Assembly: GCA_963617535.1 (NCBI GenBank)
Contig: CAVEPD010000005.1
Span: 20-64,019, forward strand
Source: a bacterium
GTDB taxonomy: Bacteria > Bacillota_I > Bacilli_A > RFN20 > CAG-826
Length of the DNA: 64,000 nt
Direction of reading: 5' to 3'
The stretch's first letter is position 1, and each line of letters opens with the position of its first letter. A program made the translations under genes and the position numbers. The notes below the pieces were generated by a model. It was not told the DNA's origin. It saw only the letters and a list, made by a program, of their open reading frames with translations, and searched no databases. This document shows positions 37,270 to 47,709 of this stretch, piece by piece.

Positions 37270-38029
37270 GATCGATGATCTCCCTAGCTAAGGCAAAGTA
37301 AGCGGCAGAGCCCGAGGAGGTCGGGCGGAACGCCGTGACAGGCATCTGCCTGGCCTGCGATTCCTGAACGGATTGGTTACGCGGAATCGAAGTTAAGAAA
37401 GTGGATTCGCGGAACAAGCGACGGACTTCCGCGGCGATCTCGGTACCCAAGACCGTTTTCGAATCGTACATCGTAAGCAAGAAACCTTCGATTTTAAGAT
37501 TTGGGTTCAAGCCATTTTGGACATTAGAGATAGAGCTAAGAACTGAGGCCACTCCTTCCATCGCGAAATATTCGCATTGGACGGGGACAAGCACCGAATC
37601 AGAAGCAACCATCGCGTTGATGGATAAAAGTCCCAACGAGGGAGGGCAATCCAAAATGATGTAATCGTAGTCATCTCGAATCGAAGCCAAGGCATTCTTC
37701 AGCAAGGCAAAAGGTTCTTTAACGACATTCGTATAAAGGGAAGCTTCTAATCCGGCGAGGCGGAGATTCCCAGGGACAACGCAAAGCCCATCAAACGCGG
37801 TTTTGGTTACGCATTCTTTGATGTTTAAATGACCATCTAAAACTTCGTAAATCGTCTTTTTAACGGTTGTGATATCGATGCCAACCCCGCGGCCAGAATT
37901 CCCTTGAGGATCAAGATCGATGAGCAAGACTTTCTTTTGCAAATGAGACAATGCCGAAGACAAATTAATAGAGGTCGTTGTCTTTCCAACGCCCCCTTTT
38001 TGATTTGCAATCGCAATGACTTTTGACAT
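37259..38029 (-). CDS. parA: Chromosome partitioning ATPase ParA/Soj
   Basis: Deviant Walker A (KVIAIANQKGGVGKTT). The ATG at 38029 is preferred over 38065. Confidence 0.92.
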   Translation of the reverse strand: MSKVIAIANQKGGVGKTTTSINLSSALSHLQKKVLLIDLDPQGNSGRGVGIDITTVKKTIYEVLDGHLNIKECVTKTAFDGLCVVPGNLRLAGLEASLYTNVVKEPFALLKNALASIRDDYDYIILDCPPSLGLLSINAMVASDSVLVPVQCEYFAMEGVASVLSSISNVQNGLNPNLKIEGFLLTMYDSKTVLGTEIAAEVRRLFRESTFLTSIPRNQSVQESQARQMPVTAFRPTSSGSAAYFALAREIIDHEE

Positions 38030-38144
38030 ATCGAGAATGATAGAGGTGGGCCATCTTTTTTTCAATTGCTCACAAATGAAATGGATAAATTCCCCTTAGG
38101 AAAGATTAAGCAAGGCGGTCCCAGAAAATCTAGAAAAAGTCAGT

Positions 38145-38843
38145 TCAAAGAGGCTTCTTCAAAATCTCTCCCCAGGGGCGAGGGTAATTGGAAGAAGTGT
38201 TCTCTTTTTTCTCAAAGAAATAGTTCAGGCGAATCTCGCCATCAGGCAGAGAGTCTTTTTGAGTTGAAGTTTTTTCTAATCCCAAACGGTGAATCGCGAA
38301 TTTGGACTTCATCAGCTCCTCTTCGCCCTTTAAGGATTTCATGGCAACCAAGGTTCCACCAACCTTCGCCAAGGGGGCCGCGACCTCCAAGAAGATATTC
38401 ATCGCCGCGAAGCCGCGTGCAGTCACGATATCGAAATGGTTCCTTTCCGACCTCATGTCTTCCACTCTGCCGATATGGAAGTTGACGTTCTTAAGCTTAA
38501 GAGTCTTTTTCACCTCTTCCAAAAAAGCGAACTTTTTCTTCGTCGAATCGATCAAAGTAACTCGGCAATCGGGGAAAGCAACGGCGATCGCCATACCTGG
38601 AAAACCCGCTCCTGAGCCAATATCTGCAACCGATTTCCCCGCAAAATCCATGTTTTTTGCGATTAGAAGGGAATCGTAAAAATGTTTCTCGATAACAAGA
38701 GGCTCATCCGTTATCGCCGTGAGATTGATCTTCTCATTCCACTCCTTAAGGAGCTCGGCATAGATATGGAAAGAATTGATTTGTTCTTCCGTCAAAACAA
38801 CTTTGCTACCCTCTAGGGCGCTTTTCATTTCTCCATAAGTCAT
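38145..38843 (-). CDS. rsmG: 16S rRNA (guanine527-N7)-methyltransferase RsmG
   Basis: SAM-binding DIGSGAGFPG and GidB-family layout. 4-nt overlap with mnmG. Confidence 0.9.
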   Translation of the reverse strand: MTYGEMKSALEGSKVVLTEEQINSFHIYAELLKEWNEKINLTAITDEPLVIEKHFYDSLLIAKNMDFAGKSVADIGSGAGFPGMAIAVAFPDCRVTLIDSTKKKFAFLEEVKKTLKLKNVNFHIGRVEDMRSERNHFDIVTARGFAAMNIFLEVAAPLAKVGGTLVAMKSLKGEEELMKSKFAIHRLGLEKTSTQKDSLPDGEIRLNYFFEKKENTSSNYPRPWGEILKKPL

Positions 38844-40720
38844 AACCTTTTCTCCTTCTTTAAAACCAGTAGCAGCAAACTCACATCCGCGGGATTCACC
38901 CCGGGAATACGCGAAGCTTGACCAATATTAACCGGGCGCACCGCATCAAGTTTTTGTCTTGCCTCTAAGCGCAAGCCATCGCAATGAATGAAGTCGAAAT
39001 CAGCAGGAATCGGCATAGCTTCGACTTTCATGAAGTCCTCCACTTCCTTTTCTTCCTTTTTGATATAGCCAGAATAACGAACTTTTGTTTCCAAAGCCAA
39101 AACGCTTTCGTCATCGAAATCAAATCCGTCCATAGAATCCATCAAAGAAGCGATGCGTCTATAGGAATAACGGGGACGTTTCAAGATTTCTAGACCTTTA
39201 TGTCCTTCGTTCGTAGCTTCGTCCCCCATCTCTTTGAGATAGTCGTTTAAGCCAACCTTATCCGTGATGTTGTTTTGGCCAAGAACAGCGATGGCCTCAT
39301 CAATTTTCTTATATTTATCCAAGAAGCTTTGGTAACGTTCCTCGCTTATAAGCCCCAATTCATGGCCATAAGTAGTCAAACGCGAATCCGCGTTATCGTG
39401 GCGGAGCAGCAAACGATATTCGGCGCGCGAAGAAAGAAGGCGGTAAGGCTCATCCGTCCCCTTGGTGACCAAGTCATCGATCATGACTCCGATATAAGCT
39501 TCGTTTCGTTTGAGAATGAAAGGCGATTGCCCGCGGACATATCTAGCCGCGTTGATTCCGGCGATCAAGCCAAGCCCAGCAGCCTCTTCATATCCAGAAG
39601 TCCCGCAAATCTGGCCTGCAATATAAAGGCCTTCGTATTTTTTTATCTTCAAGGTAGCGTCAAATTGGGGGGTCGCTACCGCATCGTATTCAATTTGATA
39701 AGCGTATTTCAGAAGCTTCGCATTCTCTAAGCCAGGGAGAGAATGCACCATTTCTTCTTGCACCTCGTGGGGCATGCCCGTGGAGAAGCCCTGAAGATAA
39801 ATGGAGTCCCCATTTTCAAACTCGGGCTCCAAGAAAAGCTGATGACGTTCCTTATCCGCGAAACGGACGATCTTGGATTCAATGGAAGGGCAGTATCTCG
39901 GCCCAATGCCTTGAATCGTTCCGTTTAGAACAGCGCTGTCCTCAAAATGGTCTTTTATGATCTGATGGGTATGCTCGTTCGTATAAATCAGATAGCAAGG
40001 GAGTTGCTTTTCTAAAGGCACGAATTCCTTCGTCTCATAGGAAAAGCCGAAATGCAAATCGCTTCCTAGCTGAATATCGCCTTTTGAGAAATCGATGGTC
40101 TTTCGGTCAAGACGAGGAGGCGTCCCCGTTTTGAAACGTTTTATCGCGATTCCTAGCCTTTCCAGGGAGGCAGATAAGCCATGCGAAGATTGCTCGCCGT
40201 CCGGTCCGCCTGGATGAACGTCTTTCCCGGAGATGATTCGGCTTTCCATGTAGGTGCCGGTCGTGAGGATCACGCCTTTGGAAGTAATAGTTTCTCCATT
40301 AGAAAGAATGACCCCGTGGATGTGATTTCCATCCACAAGAAGGTCAACTGCTTCCCCTTCTTTGATGGTCAGGTTATCCATCTTGTCCAAAAGGGACTGG
40401 ACGTATGCGGGATATCCGCGTTTGTCTTGTTGGGTTCTTAGGCATTGCACCGAAGGACCTTTGGAGGTGTTGAGCATTTTGCTCTGCAGAGGATGGCGAT
40501 CCGCGGCTTTGCCCATAATTCCGCCAAGCGCATCGATTTCACGCACCACCACGCCTTTGGCGGAGCCCCCGATGTGGGGGTTGCAAGGCATGTTCGCGAT
40601 CATCTTCTTATTGAGAGTCAATAGCAAAACAGACAAGCCTAGCTTGCTAATTGCGGCGCTGGCCTCTACGCCAGCATGTCCGCCTCCAACGACAATAAGA
40701 TCGAAATCGCAATCCTTCAT
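38840..40720 (-). CDS. mnmG: tRNA uridine 5-carboxymethylaminomethyl modification enzyme MnmG (GidA)
   Basis: FAD motif VVGGGHAGVEA and 626-aa GidA architecture. Confidence 0.95.
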   Translation of the reverse strand: MKDCDFDLIVVGGGHAGVEASAAISKLGLSVLLLTLNKKMIANMPCNPHIGGSAKGVVVREIDALGGIMGKAADRHPLQSKMLNTSKGPSVQCLRTQQDKRGYPAYVQSLLDKMDNLTIKEGEAVDLLVDGNHIHGVILSNGETITSKGVILTTGTYMESRIISGKDVHPGGPDGEQSSHGLSASLERLGIAIKRFKTGTPPRLDRKTIDFSKGDIQLGSDLHFGFSYETKEFVPLEKQLPCYLIYTNEHTHQIIKDHFEDSAVLNGTIQGIGPRYCPSIESKIVRFADKERHQLFLEPEFENGDSIYLQGFSTGMPHEVQEEMVHSLPGLENAKLLKYAYQIEYDAVATPQFDATLKIKKYEGLYIAGQICGTSGYEEAAGLGLIAGINAARYVRGQSPFILKRNEAYIGVMIDDLVTKGTDEPYRLLSSRAEYRLLLRHDNADSRLTTYGHELGLISEERYQSFLDKYKKIDEAIAVLGQNNITDKVGLNDYLKEMGDEATNEGHKGLEILKRPRYSYRRIASLMDSMDGFDFDDESVLALETKVRYSGYIKKEEKEVEDFMKVEAMPIPADFDFIHCDGLRLEARQKLDAVRPVNIGQASRIPGVNPADVSLLLLVLKKEKRL

Positions 40721-40722
40721 AA

Positions 40723-42132
40723 TTAGCCAATCGAGTCGGACATGTCCATCTTAATGAGCTGGTTCAATTCAACCGCATATTCCATCGGAAGTTCTTTAGC
40801 GAACGGCTCAATGAAGCCCATGACGATCATCTGAGTCGCTTGAGCCTCGGTAAGGCCGCGGGACATCAGATAGAAAAGCTGCTCCTCAGAAATCTTAGAG
40901 ACAGTAGCCTCGTGCTCAATGAAGGAATCCGCGTTGCGGATCTCGTTCTTCGGATAAGTATCGGACTTTGATTTCTTGTCCAAGATCAAAGTATCGCATT
41001 CGATATGGGATTTAGCGCCCGCGGCAGAAGGAAGCATGCGAACAGTCCCGCGGAAATTCGCGGTTCCTCCATCGTGGCAAACCGATTTAGAGATGATTGT
41101 GGAAGAGGTATTCTTCCCTTCGTGAATCATTCTCGCTCCAGAATCTTGGTATTGCCCTTTGCCTCCGACGGCGATAGTGATGGTCGCGCCCCTGGAGTTA
41201 TCGCCCTTCAAAATGCAGGCGGGGTACTTCATGGTCATCATGGAACCGATGTTTCCATCGACCCACTCCATGAATCCGTTTTCAAAGACATTCGCCCTTT
41301 GGGTAACGAGGTTCAGAATGTTGTTGGACCAGTTTTGAATAGTCGTATAACGGACATGCGCTCCTTTGCAGACGACGATTTCAACCACGCCGACATGCAA
41401 GGATTCCTTGTTGTAAACCGGGGCGGTGCAGCCTTCCACGTAATGGATGTCGCTGCCTTCGTCTGCGATGATCAAAGTTCTCTCAAACTGCCCGGTTTTT
41501 TGGTTGTTGATACGGAAATAGGACTGCAAAGGCTTGTCTAGATGCACGCCTTTGGGAACATAAATGAAGGTTCCACCGCTCCAACAAGCGCCATTAAGCG
41601 CACTAAATTTGCTATCGGCAATGGGGATAACCGTGCCAAAGTATTTTTTGAAGATATCTGGAAAAAGCTTCAAGCCCATGTCGGAAGACAGGAAAATGAC
41701 GCCTTTCTCGCGGACTTCCTCAAGCATGTTGTGATAAACAACCTCGGATTCATATTGGGTGGATACGCCGGAAAGGAATTTTTGCTCCGCTTCAGGAATG
41801 CCTAGCTTCTGGAACGTCTTCTTCACGGTTTCAGGGACTTCATCCCAGTTGTTCTCCTCGCTTTTCGCGACGCGAGTGAAATAGGTATAGGAATTAAAAT
41901 CCATGAAGTCCAAAGAAGGACCATAGGAGGGCATAGGCATCTTTTCGAAGGCGTGAAAGGCTTTAAGACGGAACTCAAGCATCCACTCAGGCTCGTCTTT
42001 CGCTTTGGATATCGCCCGGACAACGTCTTCGTTTAAGCCTTTGCCCGTGGTGAAAATAGAAACGTCTTCGTCTTTGAATCCGTACTTATACTCTTCGCTC
42101 AATACAGAGGGGTCTATTTTTTCATTTGCCAT
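40723..42132 (-). CDS. sufB: Fe-S cluster assembly protein SufB
   Basis: Full-length SufB similarity. The ATG at 42132 overlaps the sufU stop. Confidence 0.95.
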   Translation of the reverse strand: MANEKIDPSVLSEEYKYGFKDEDVSIFTTGKGLNEDVVRAISKAKDEPEWMLEFRLKAFHAFEKMPMPSYGPSLDFMDFNSYTYFTRVAKSEENNWDEVPETVKKTFQKLGIPEAEQKFLSGVSTQYESEVVYHNMLEEVREKGVIFLSSDMGLKLFPDIFKKYFGTVIPIADSKFSALNGACWSGGTFIYVPKGVHLDKPLQSYFRINNQKTGQFERTLIIADEGSDIHYVEGCTAPVYNKESLHVGVVEIVVCKGAHVRYTTIQNWSNNILNLVTQRANVFENGFMEWVDGNIGSMMTMKYPACILKGDNSRGATITIAVGGKGQYQDSGARMIHEGKNTSSTIISKSVCHDGGTANFRGTVRMLPSAAGAKSHIECDTLILDKKSKSDTYPKNEIRNADSFIEHEATVSKISEEQLFYLMSRGLTEAQATQMIVMGFIEPFAKELPMEYAVELNQLIKMDMSDSIG

Positions 42133-42583
42133 GGCAGCAACCCCCTTCTTCGTGGATGATCTTCTCAAAAGCGTCCCAGCCGATGGTGGCGCAGTGGATG
42201 CGCGCGGCCTGCTTGCCTGTATTCATGAATGCGAGGGCCTCTTCCAAGACGTCCTTATCATAAGGCTTATCCATGATCATGTTTTTGTACTGGTCGATGA
42301 TGTAAAGGGCCTCGTCTTTTTTCTTGTTGATCAAAAGATCGCAAAGAATATCCGTGGAGGCCGTGGAGATCGCACAGGCAACGCCGTTCCAGAGAGCGTC
42401 GGTAATAACGCCATCTTTCTCTTTCAGATAAACGTCGATATCGTCAATGCAGTTCACGGAAGAGGAATGGGTTGAAAAATAGGCGGAAGCATCTTCAGGG
42501 GAAGCCTTGTGGGCAGGAGAAGAATAATGATCCATGATGATTTCCCTCATCATTTCAGGGGTTAGTTCAAAGGAAGTAGGCAT
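42122..42583 (-). CDS. sufU: SufU-type Fe-S/zinc-dependent sulfurtransferase
   Basis: IscU/SufU fold with conserved Cys (NCIDD..., GVACAIS, HCATI). GGAGGGA lies 9 nt upstream of the ATG at 42583. Confidence 0.88.
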   Translation of the reverse strand: MPTSFELTPEMMREIIMDHYSSPAHKASPEDASAYFSTHSSSVNCIDDIDVYLKEKDGVITDALWNGVACAISTASTDILCDLLINKKKDEALYIIDQYKNMIMDKPYDKDVLEEALAFMNTGKQAARIHCATIGWDAFEKIIHEEGGCCHGK

Positions 42584-43802
42584 CGAGATAATTCCCTCCA
42601 TTTTTCACGGCATCGGCCAAGGCGTCCACATCTTCTTCGGTGTTATAGACATAGAAGCTCGCCCTCACGGTAGCCGGAGTCTTTAGATAAGTTTGGTTCA
42701 GCAGCTTCGCGCAGTGCTGGCCACTGCGGCAAGCAATGCCTTGGCTATTAAGGTAAGTGGCCGCGTCTTGCGCGAACACCCCTTTGATGTTGAAAGTAAT
42801 GATTCCATCTTCGGCGTCTTCGTTCAAAATCTCCGCATTTCCCGTCTCTTTTAGTTTGGAAAGCGCGTAATTTCTCAATTTTCTTTCATGCTCTTTGATG
42901 GCGTCAAAGCCCAAATTCTCAAGGTATTCGATGGCGGCTTTAAGCCCCAAGATGCCAGCAAGATTCAAGGTCCCCGCTTCAAAGCGTTCCGGCGGAGGCA
43001 AGAAAGTCACCGAGCAATCCATATGGAATTTGTCATTATTTCCACCGCCTGAAACGAAAGGATCCATTTGTGACAAGACATCGTATTTGCCATAAAGAAC
43101 GCCAACGCCAGTCGGCCCTAGCATCTTATGGCCAGAGAAAGCCAAGAAATCGACATCAAGGTCTTTGACGTCCGTTTTCATATGCGGAACAGACTGCGCG
43201 CCATCAAGGCAGACAAGAGCGCCATGCTCATGGGCGATTTTAGTCAACTCTTTTACGGGTTCTTCGTATCCAAGTACATTGCCAACCGCGGCGAAAGAAA
43301 TCAATTTCGTTGAGGGGGTTAATGCTTTTTCGAGATTTTCAGGGGTTATTCTCCCATTCTCGGAGAGAGGGATAAACGAAACTTTACAGCCCGTATATTT
43401 GGCGATTTGGAACCAAGGCAAAACATTCGAAGCGTGTTCCGCTTCCGTAATCAGAATCTCGTCGCCTTCTTTAAGGAACTTAAGCCCATAGCCATAGGCG
43501 ACTGTATTAAGAGAAGCCGTCGCGCCAGAAGTGAAAACCACTTCACGGGGTTCGCAATTTAGGAATTGAGCGACCTTTCTTCTAACCGCCAAAACCTTTT
43601 GGTCCATTTGATAGCAAAGGTCATAATCCCCGCGATGGGAGTTGCTGGTTTCGCCGCGATAATAGTTTTCGATTTCCTTGATTACGCTTTCGGGTTTGAA
43701 AGTCGTCGAGGCGTTATCAAGCCACACCAAAGGATGCCCCTGCATGAGCGGGTGTTCTTTGAACATTGGAAAATCCTTGCGGATTGCTTTGGGGTCAAAC
43801 AT
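42567..43802 (-). CDS. sufS: Cysteine desulfurase SufS (class II)
   Basis: PLP lysine region SGHKMLGPTG and active-site RSGQHCA. Confidence 0.95.
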   Translation of the reverse strand: MFDPKAIRKDFPMFKEHPLMQGHPLVWLDNASTTFKPESVIKEIENYYRGETSNSHRGDYDLCYQMDQKVLAVRRKVAQFLNCEPREVVFTSGATASLNTVAYGYGLKFLKEGDEILITEAEHASNVLPWFQIAKYTGCKVSFIPLSENGRITPENLEKALTPSTKLISFAAVGNVLGYEEPVKELTKIAHEHGALVCLDGAQSVPHMKTDVKDLDVDFLAFSGHKMLGPTGVGVLYGKYDVLSQMDPFVSGGGNNDKFHMDCSVTFLPPPERFEAGTLNLAGILGLKAAIEYLENLGFDAIKEHERKLRNYALSKLKETGNAEILNEDAEDGIITFNIKGVFAQDAATYLNSQGIACRSGQHCAKLLNQTYLKTPATVRASFYVYNTEEDVDALADAVKNGGNYLDAYFL

Positions 43803-44479
43803 CAGATACCCCCTTCAATGGTTTCATCAATCTTTACGCGTAAAGTCTCATCATCGAAATACTTTTCGATTGGCTTAAGATATCCTAAGGTCAAAAGTTT
43901 TCTTGCGGCCTGCAAGGAAATGCCGCGCGAGAGCAAATAGAAAAGATGCTGTTCGTTTAACTTTCCTACAACTGCCGCGTGAGAAGCGACGACATCATTT
44001 TCATCGATCTTCAGAATCGGCATAGCTTTGCCCTGGCACTTCTCGTCGAAAACGATGATTTTGGCTTCTTGTCTAGTGGAGGAAGAGGAAGCTCCCTTTT
44101 GAATTTCAGACACGCCAAGGAAGTTGAGTTTGGACTCGCCTTGGACGATGCCGTAATTAGAAACGACCCCGGAAGTATGGGGGGCTTTATGGGAAAGGCA
44201 CACGTCAATGGTCTTTGTCGACGCGTTCCCACAAATGGAAGCTAGATGCCAGGAACAAGAAGCGCCTTCGCCGAGCAATTCAATATTTGCTTTGATGGTA
44301 CCTGCCCCGCTCGATAAATCCGCAAAAGCCACGTTAATGGTCGCGTTTGCATGGATTTTAGCATTGATTTCAAAAGAGGAAAAACCGTTAAAAGAGGCGA
44401 AATTCAGATTGAGTGTTTCGCCTTCCTTGACTTCGTAATCCGCGTTTTTTATTTGGTCATCGACAAAGGTTAGAGTCAT
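43802..44479 (-). CDS. sufD: SufD-like Fe-S assembly protein, short form (225 aa)
   Basis: Beta-helix core and C-terminal helices (LFYLLSRGISLQAARKLL) of the SufB/SufD family. It sits in the sufD position between sufC and sufS. About half the usual length. Confidence 0.75.
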   Translation of the reverse strand: MTLTFVDDQIKNADYEVKEGETLNLNFASFNGFSSFEINAKIHANATINVAFADLSSGAGTIKANIELLGEGASCSWHLASICGNASTKTIDVCLSHKAPHTSGVVSNYGIVQGESKLNFLGVSEIQKGASSSSTRQEAKIIVFDEKCQGKAMPILKIDENDVVASHAAVVGKLNEQHLFYLLSRGISLQAARKLLTLGYLKPIEKYFDDETLRVKIDETIEGGI

Positions 44480-45306
44480 TTGCTTCCTTCCTTCGTGGCG
44501 GTATGGGTAGCGCAGACGCCAATGGATTGCTTACTCATTTCTTGGCTCTCCTTCTCAATCTCGATGCCAAGTTCGGTCTTAATCCATTCGTACCCTTTCG
44601 TGTCGATTTTTTGAATGAGCTCGGGCTCGCCCGTGACTGCGATACGGCCATTGATCATGATGGCGACTTTGGTCGGGTTGATCATGTCATAAAGCCTTGC
44701 GTAGTGAGAGACGACCAAGAACCCACGGCCCTTGGCCTGCTCTTCCTTAATCGCCGAGGCGACAATCTGCATAGCGTCAACGTCAAGGCCGGAGTCAATC
44801 TCATCAAGCAAAGCGAACTTGGGGTCGAGGAGCTTCATTTGAAGAATCTCGTTTCTCTTCTTTTCGCCTCCAGAGAACCCTTCATTCAAATTGCGGGTGC
44901 TCATTTCAAAGGGGATGCCCATTTCTTTATAGGCGCCTTGCATTTTGGAGTAGAACTCGAAAAGCTTCATCGGTTTCTCGCGTCTTGCATTAAGCGCGGC
45001 TTTCAGGAAGTCCGCGGAGTTGACCCCAGGAATCTCCGGGGGATATTGCATCGCTAGGAACAAACCCGCTATAGAGCGCTCATTAACAGGCAAGCTTAAA
45101 ATATCGACGTCATCTAAATAAATCGAGCCTTCGGTAACCGTGTAGTTCGGATTGCCCATGATGGCGGCGAGCAAGGTGGATTTGCCGTGTCCATTCGGGC
45201 CAAGCAAAGCCAGGGTTTCGCCTTCCTTTAAGACAAGGTTCACGCCTTTGAGTATTTCTTTGCCCTTCACGGCAACGTGTAAATTTTCGATGATGAGTTT
45301 TGACAT
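44476..45306 (-). CDS. sufC: Fe-S cluster assembly ATPase SufC
   Basis: GPNGHGKST, FSGGEKKRNEI and ALLDEIDSGLD. GGAGGAAG SD ahead of the ATG at 45306. Confidence 0.95.
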   Translation of the reverse strand: MSKLIIENLHVAVKGKEILKGVNLVLKEGETLALLGPNGHGKSTLLAAIMGNPNYTVTEGSIYLDDVDILSLPVNERSIAGLFLAMQYPPEIPGVNSADFLKAALNARREKPMKLFEFYSKMQGAYKEMGIPFEMSTRNLNEGFSGGEKKRNEILQMKLLDPKFALLDEIDSGLDVDAMQIVASAIKEEQAKGRGFLVVSHYARLYDMINPTKVAIMINGRIAVTGEPELIQKIDTKGYEWIKTELGIEIEKESQEMSKQSIGVCATHTATKEGSK

Positions 45307-45381
45307 AACTTCCTCCAAGCGAGGCTAGACTATTTTAGACACGTGAACCCTTAGCGACAACAAAAGCGGTAAAAAATCTCC

Positions 45382-45417
45382 CAAAGAATATATTCTTTGT
45401 CAAAAAGGTCGACCTTT
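45382..45417. promoter_or_regulatory. Two adjacent palindromes upstream of sufC (candidate operator)
   Basis: CAAAGAATA|TATTCTTTG is a perfect 18-bp palindrome (45382-45399). AAAGGTC|GACCTTT is a 14-bp palindrome (45404-45417). They lie 76-111 bp upstream of the sufC ATG. Confidence 0.4.
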
Positions 45418-45477
45418 GCGAGTTGAATATCATTTTCTCCACGCCCCATCGGCATTTTTCTAGGTTTAAATTTGTTG

Positions 45478-45506
45478 TTGTAAGAGGAACTCTTAAAGTT
45501 TATGAT
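45478..45506 (+). promoter_or_regulatory. Promoter of the lipoprotein operon
   Basis: TTGTAA, 17-nt spacer, TATGAT. GAAGGAGGA SD ahead of the ATG at 45547. Confidence 0.45.
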
Positions 45507-45546
45507 TATCGCGCTACGTTTCAGACGAAGGAGGAACGAGTTTTTT

Positions 45547-47709
45547 ATGAAGAAAAGCAAACTCACTCTCGCTCTTGTCGCTAGCTTCTCGGCGGTCATG
45601 GCTTTGTCCGCTTGCAATGATGTTACGGCAAAAGACGGGGTGGTGCTCACATTCACAGACAACAGCGGCCTGCGAGTTGAATATAGAGCCAGTGATCTCT
45701 TAGACAACTACGAACAAGGTTCAAGCGCTGCGAGCACCAACTTTAACAAGGTCAAAGAAGTTTTGATCCGCAAGTACTACCAACAGGAGAAAAAGGCTGT
45801 CGTCCTTGAGCAACTCAAGACCTCGGCCCAGAACAGCGTCGACTCGATCAAGAAGCAGGCCCAAAGCAACGCCGACAGCAACGGCACGAGCTATGCTACC
45901 GAGCTTGAGACGCTTCTTAGCAGCAACAACGTGAATAACGTTTCGGAACTCTTCGAAGCCAAACTTTACGAAGAAGAAGAGAAGGATTTCGAGCGTCAGT
46001 TCAAGGACGCCGCCGCCGTCGAAGCCATGAAGACCGGCAAAGACGCTGAAGGCAACGCCTATTTCCCGAGCAGCACAGAGTATGGCCGCGGCTCTAACGG
46101 CTACCTCATTGAGAAAACCCCTTATCATGTTTCTCACTTCCTCGTGAAGTTCACCTCTTCCAGCCATAGCGAAGCCTGCCAATTCACGATTACCAAGGAC
46201 GAATCCTTGAAGATCTCTCAGGCTGTCAAGGCCTTTGCTGGCGCGACCAACAGCGAAGATGGGGCAACCGAAAGCGACAACCGCCAATCCTTTGGCCAAA
46301 TCTGCTACACCCTGCCCTCCGACGACACTTCCGCTACCGATTACGGCAACCTCGGGCTTATGGAATCGGGCTATGTTTCCGAATTCCGTCTTGGCGTTTA
46401 TGCTTATGACGCTCTCTATAATCAAAAGCACACCGCTTCAGACTCCTACGCCTGCACCGTGCAAGACATCGCCAAGAACGGTGACGACACGACCGTTCGC
46501 GATTATGTCCTTCCTAGCGAGGATGACACCTTCGGACCTGACGCGAAGAACACCCGCGACTACTTCGAAAACCTTGGCATCGGAACCATCCCTTATGGCG
46601 CTGCCGTCGCACTTGGCTATAACAATGTCGCCTCTGACCCGAACCTCGGCTACAGCGTGAATGATGGCGACGCCACCTACTACGCTCGCAACGTCTTGTT
46701 CAACAAATACTTCAACAATCGTTCCATCGCCGTCATCGTCCCTGAAGAAATCCCCTTCAACGAATACTATGAAGATGGCAGCTATGAAGCCGGTAAGAAT
46801 ATGAGCGAAACCGAGGCCGAAGCCTTCGTCGCCAACGAGAAAGCCAACTATGAAGCGAATGGCGGCTGGTACCGCGGAACCTATTCCGCCGATTACGCGG
46901 ATCTCCCTGGTTTCTCCGTCGATACTTCCAGCATCCTCGATATCAAAGATTCGACCGGCACCCAAAGCGAGAACGTTCTCACCAACGAACGTGGCCAGAT
47001 CATCCTCGCCGTCAAGGCCAGCAATTCTTCTGGCAATGCCTATGAAGGCATCCACTTCATCGTCGTCAATCGCTCCGCCCTCGATGCCTATGTGAAGTAT
47101 GACGCTTCCGCCGCTGCTGGCGAATCGCGCTACACCACTTATGACACCGTCGAAGAAGCTAAAGCCGATGGTTATGACAGCGAAAACGGCAAGTCCACAA
47201 GCGACATCACCTCTCTCTCGGAGTACTTCACCGTCGAAACCCCGAATTCCACGGACTTCCCGAAATATGCCGACTCCAAGAAAGAGAAGTCGACCTTCGT
47301 GAACCGCGTCACCACCACGGATACCAAATACCAGGAGAACGCCGATAAGATTTCTTCTGCCATCAAGAGCTACAACTCTTCGGAAGACACCTTCGAATTC
47401 CAGCAGCTGATGGAAAATCAAGGTCTTGTCTTCTCCGATACCGCGCTTGGTCAGAAGATTGAAGGTCTCGTCAAGGATTACATCTCCGCCACAAGAGAGA
47501 AGAACCACGAAGACGAGATCAAGACCCTCGACGATACCTGGGACACCTACGCGGAAGCGCTTGAGCGTCAGAACGAAGACCGCGATATCGATGACGGCAA
47601 GCAGCGCTTGATTTCCGAAGCGGTCGCAATCACCTATTGCGGCAGCAACGCGCAGCAAGGCACCGAAATGTACGATGCAGGAGGCATTGGTTATGATGGC
47701 AAAAAGTAA
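45547..47709 (+). CDS. Large acidic lipoprotein, function unknown
   Basis: Signal peptide MKKSKLTLALVASFSAVMALSA|C with the lipobox LSAC. 720 aa. Strong GC3-biased codon usage. Confidence 0.8.
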   Translation: MKKSKLTLALVASFSAVMALSACNDVTAKDGVVLTFTDNSGLRVEYRASDLLDNYEQGSSAASTNFNKVKEVLIRKYYQQEKKAVVLEQLKTSAQNSVDSIKKQAQSNADSNGTSYATELETLLSSNNVNNVSELFEAKLYEEEEKDFERQFKDAAAVEAMKTGKDAEGNAYFPSSTEYGRGSNGYLIEKTPYHVSHFLVKFTSSSHSEACQFTITKDESLKISQAVKAFAGATNSEDGATESDNRQSFGQICYTLPSDDTSATDYGNLGLMESGYVSEFRLGVYAYDALYNQKHTASDSYACTVQDIAKNGDDTTVRDYVLPSEDDTFGPDAKNTRDYFENLGIGTIPYGAAVALGYNNVASDPNLGYSVNDGDATYYARNVLFNKYFNNRSIAVIVPEEIPFNEYYEDGSYEAGKNMSETEAEAFVANEKANYEANGGWYRGTYSADYADLPGFSVDTSSILDIKDSTGTQSENVLTNERGQIILAVKASNSSGNAYEGIHFIVVNRSALDAYVKYDASAAAGESRYTTYDTVEEAKADGYDSENGKSTSDITSLSEYFTVETPNSTDFPKYADSKKEKSTFVNRVTTTDTKYQENADKISSAIKSYNSSEDTFEFQQLMENQGLVFSDTALGQKIEGLVKDYISATREKNHEDEIKTLDDTWDTYAEALERQNEDRDIDDGKQRLISEAVAITYCGSNAQQGTEMYDAGGIGYDGKK

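Noticed and set aside
45330-45350. A possible parS site (ACACGTGAA) near the suf promoter, plus a general search for parS near parAB.
   Set aside because: Only the central CACGTGAA core matches. The flanks do not fit TGTTNCACGTGAAACA. I found no convincing parS in the window by eye.
45351-45707. A 118-aa minus-strand ORF spanning the suf/lipoprotein intergenic region.
   Set aside because: It covers promoter and operator sequence and the lipoprotein signal-peptide region in antisense. It has no SD and no recognisable motif.
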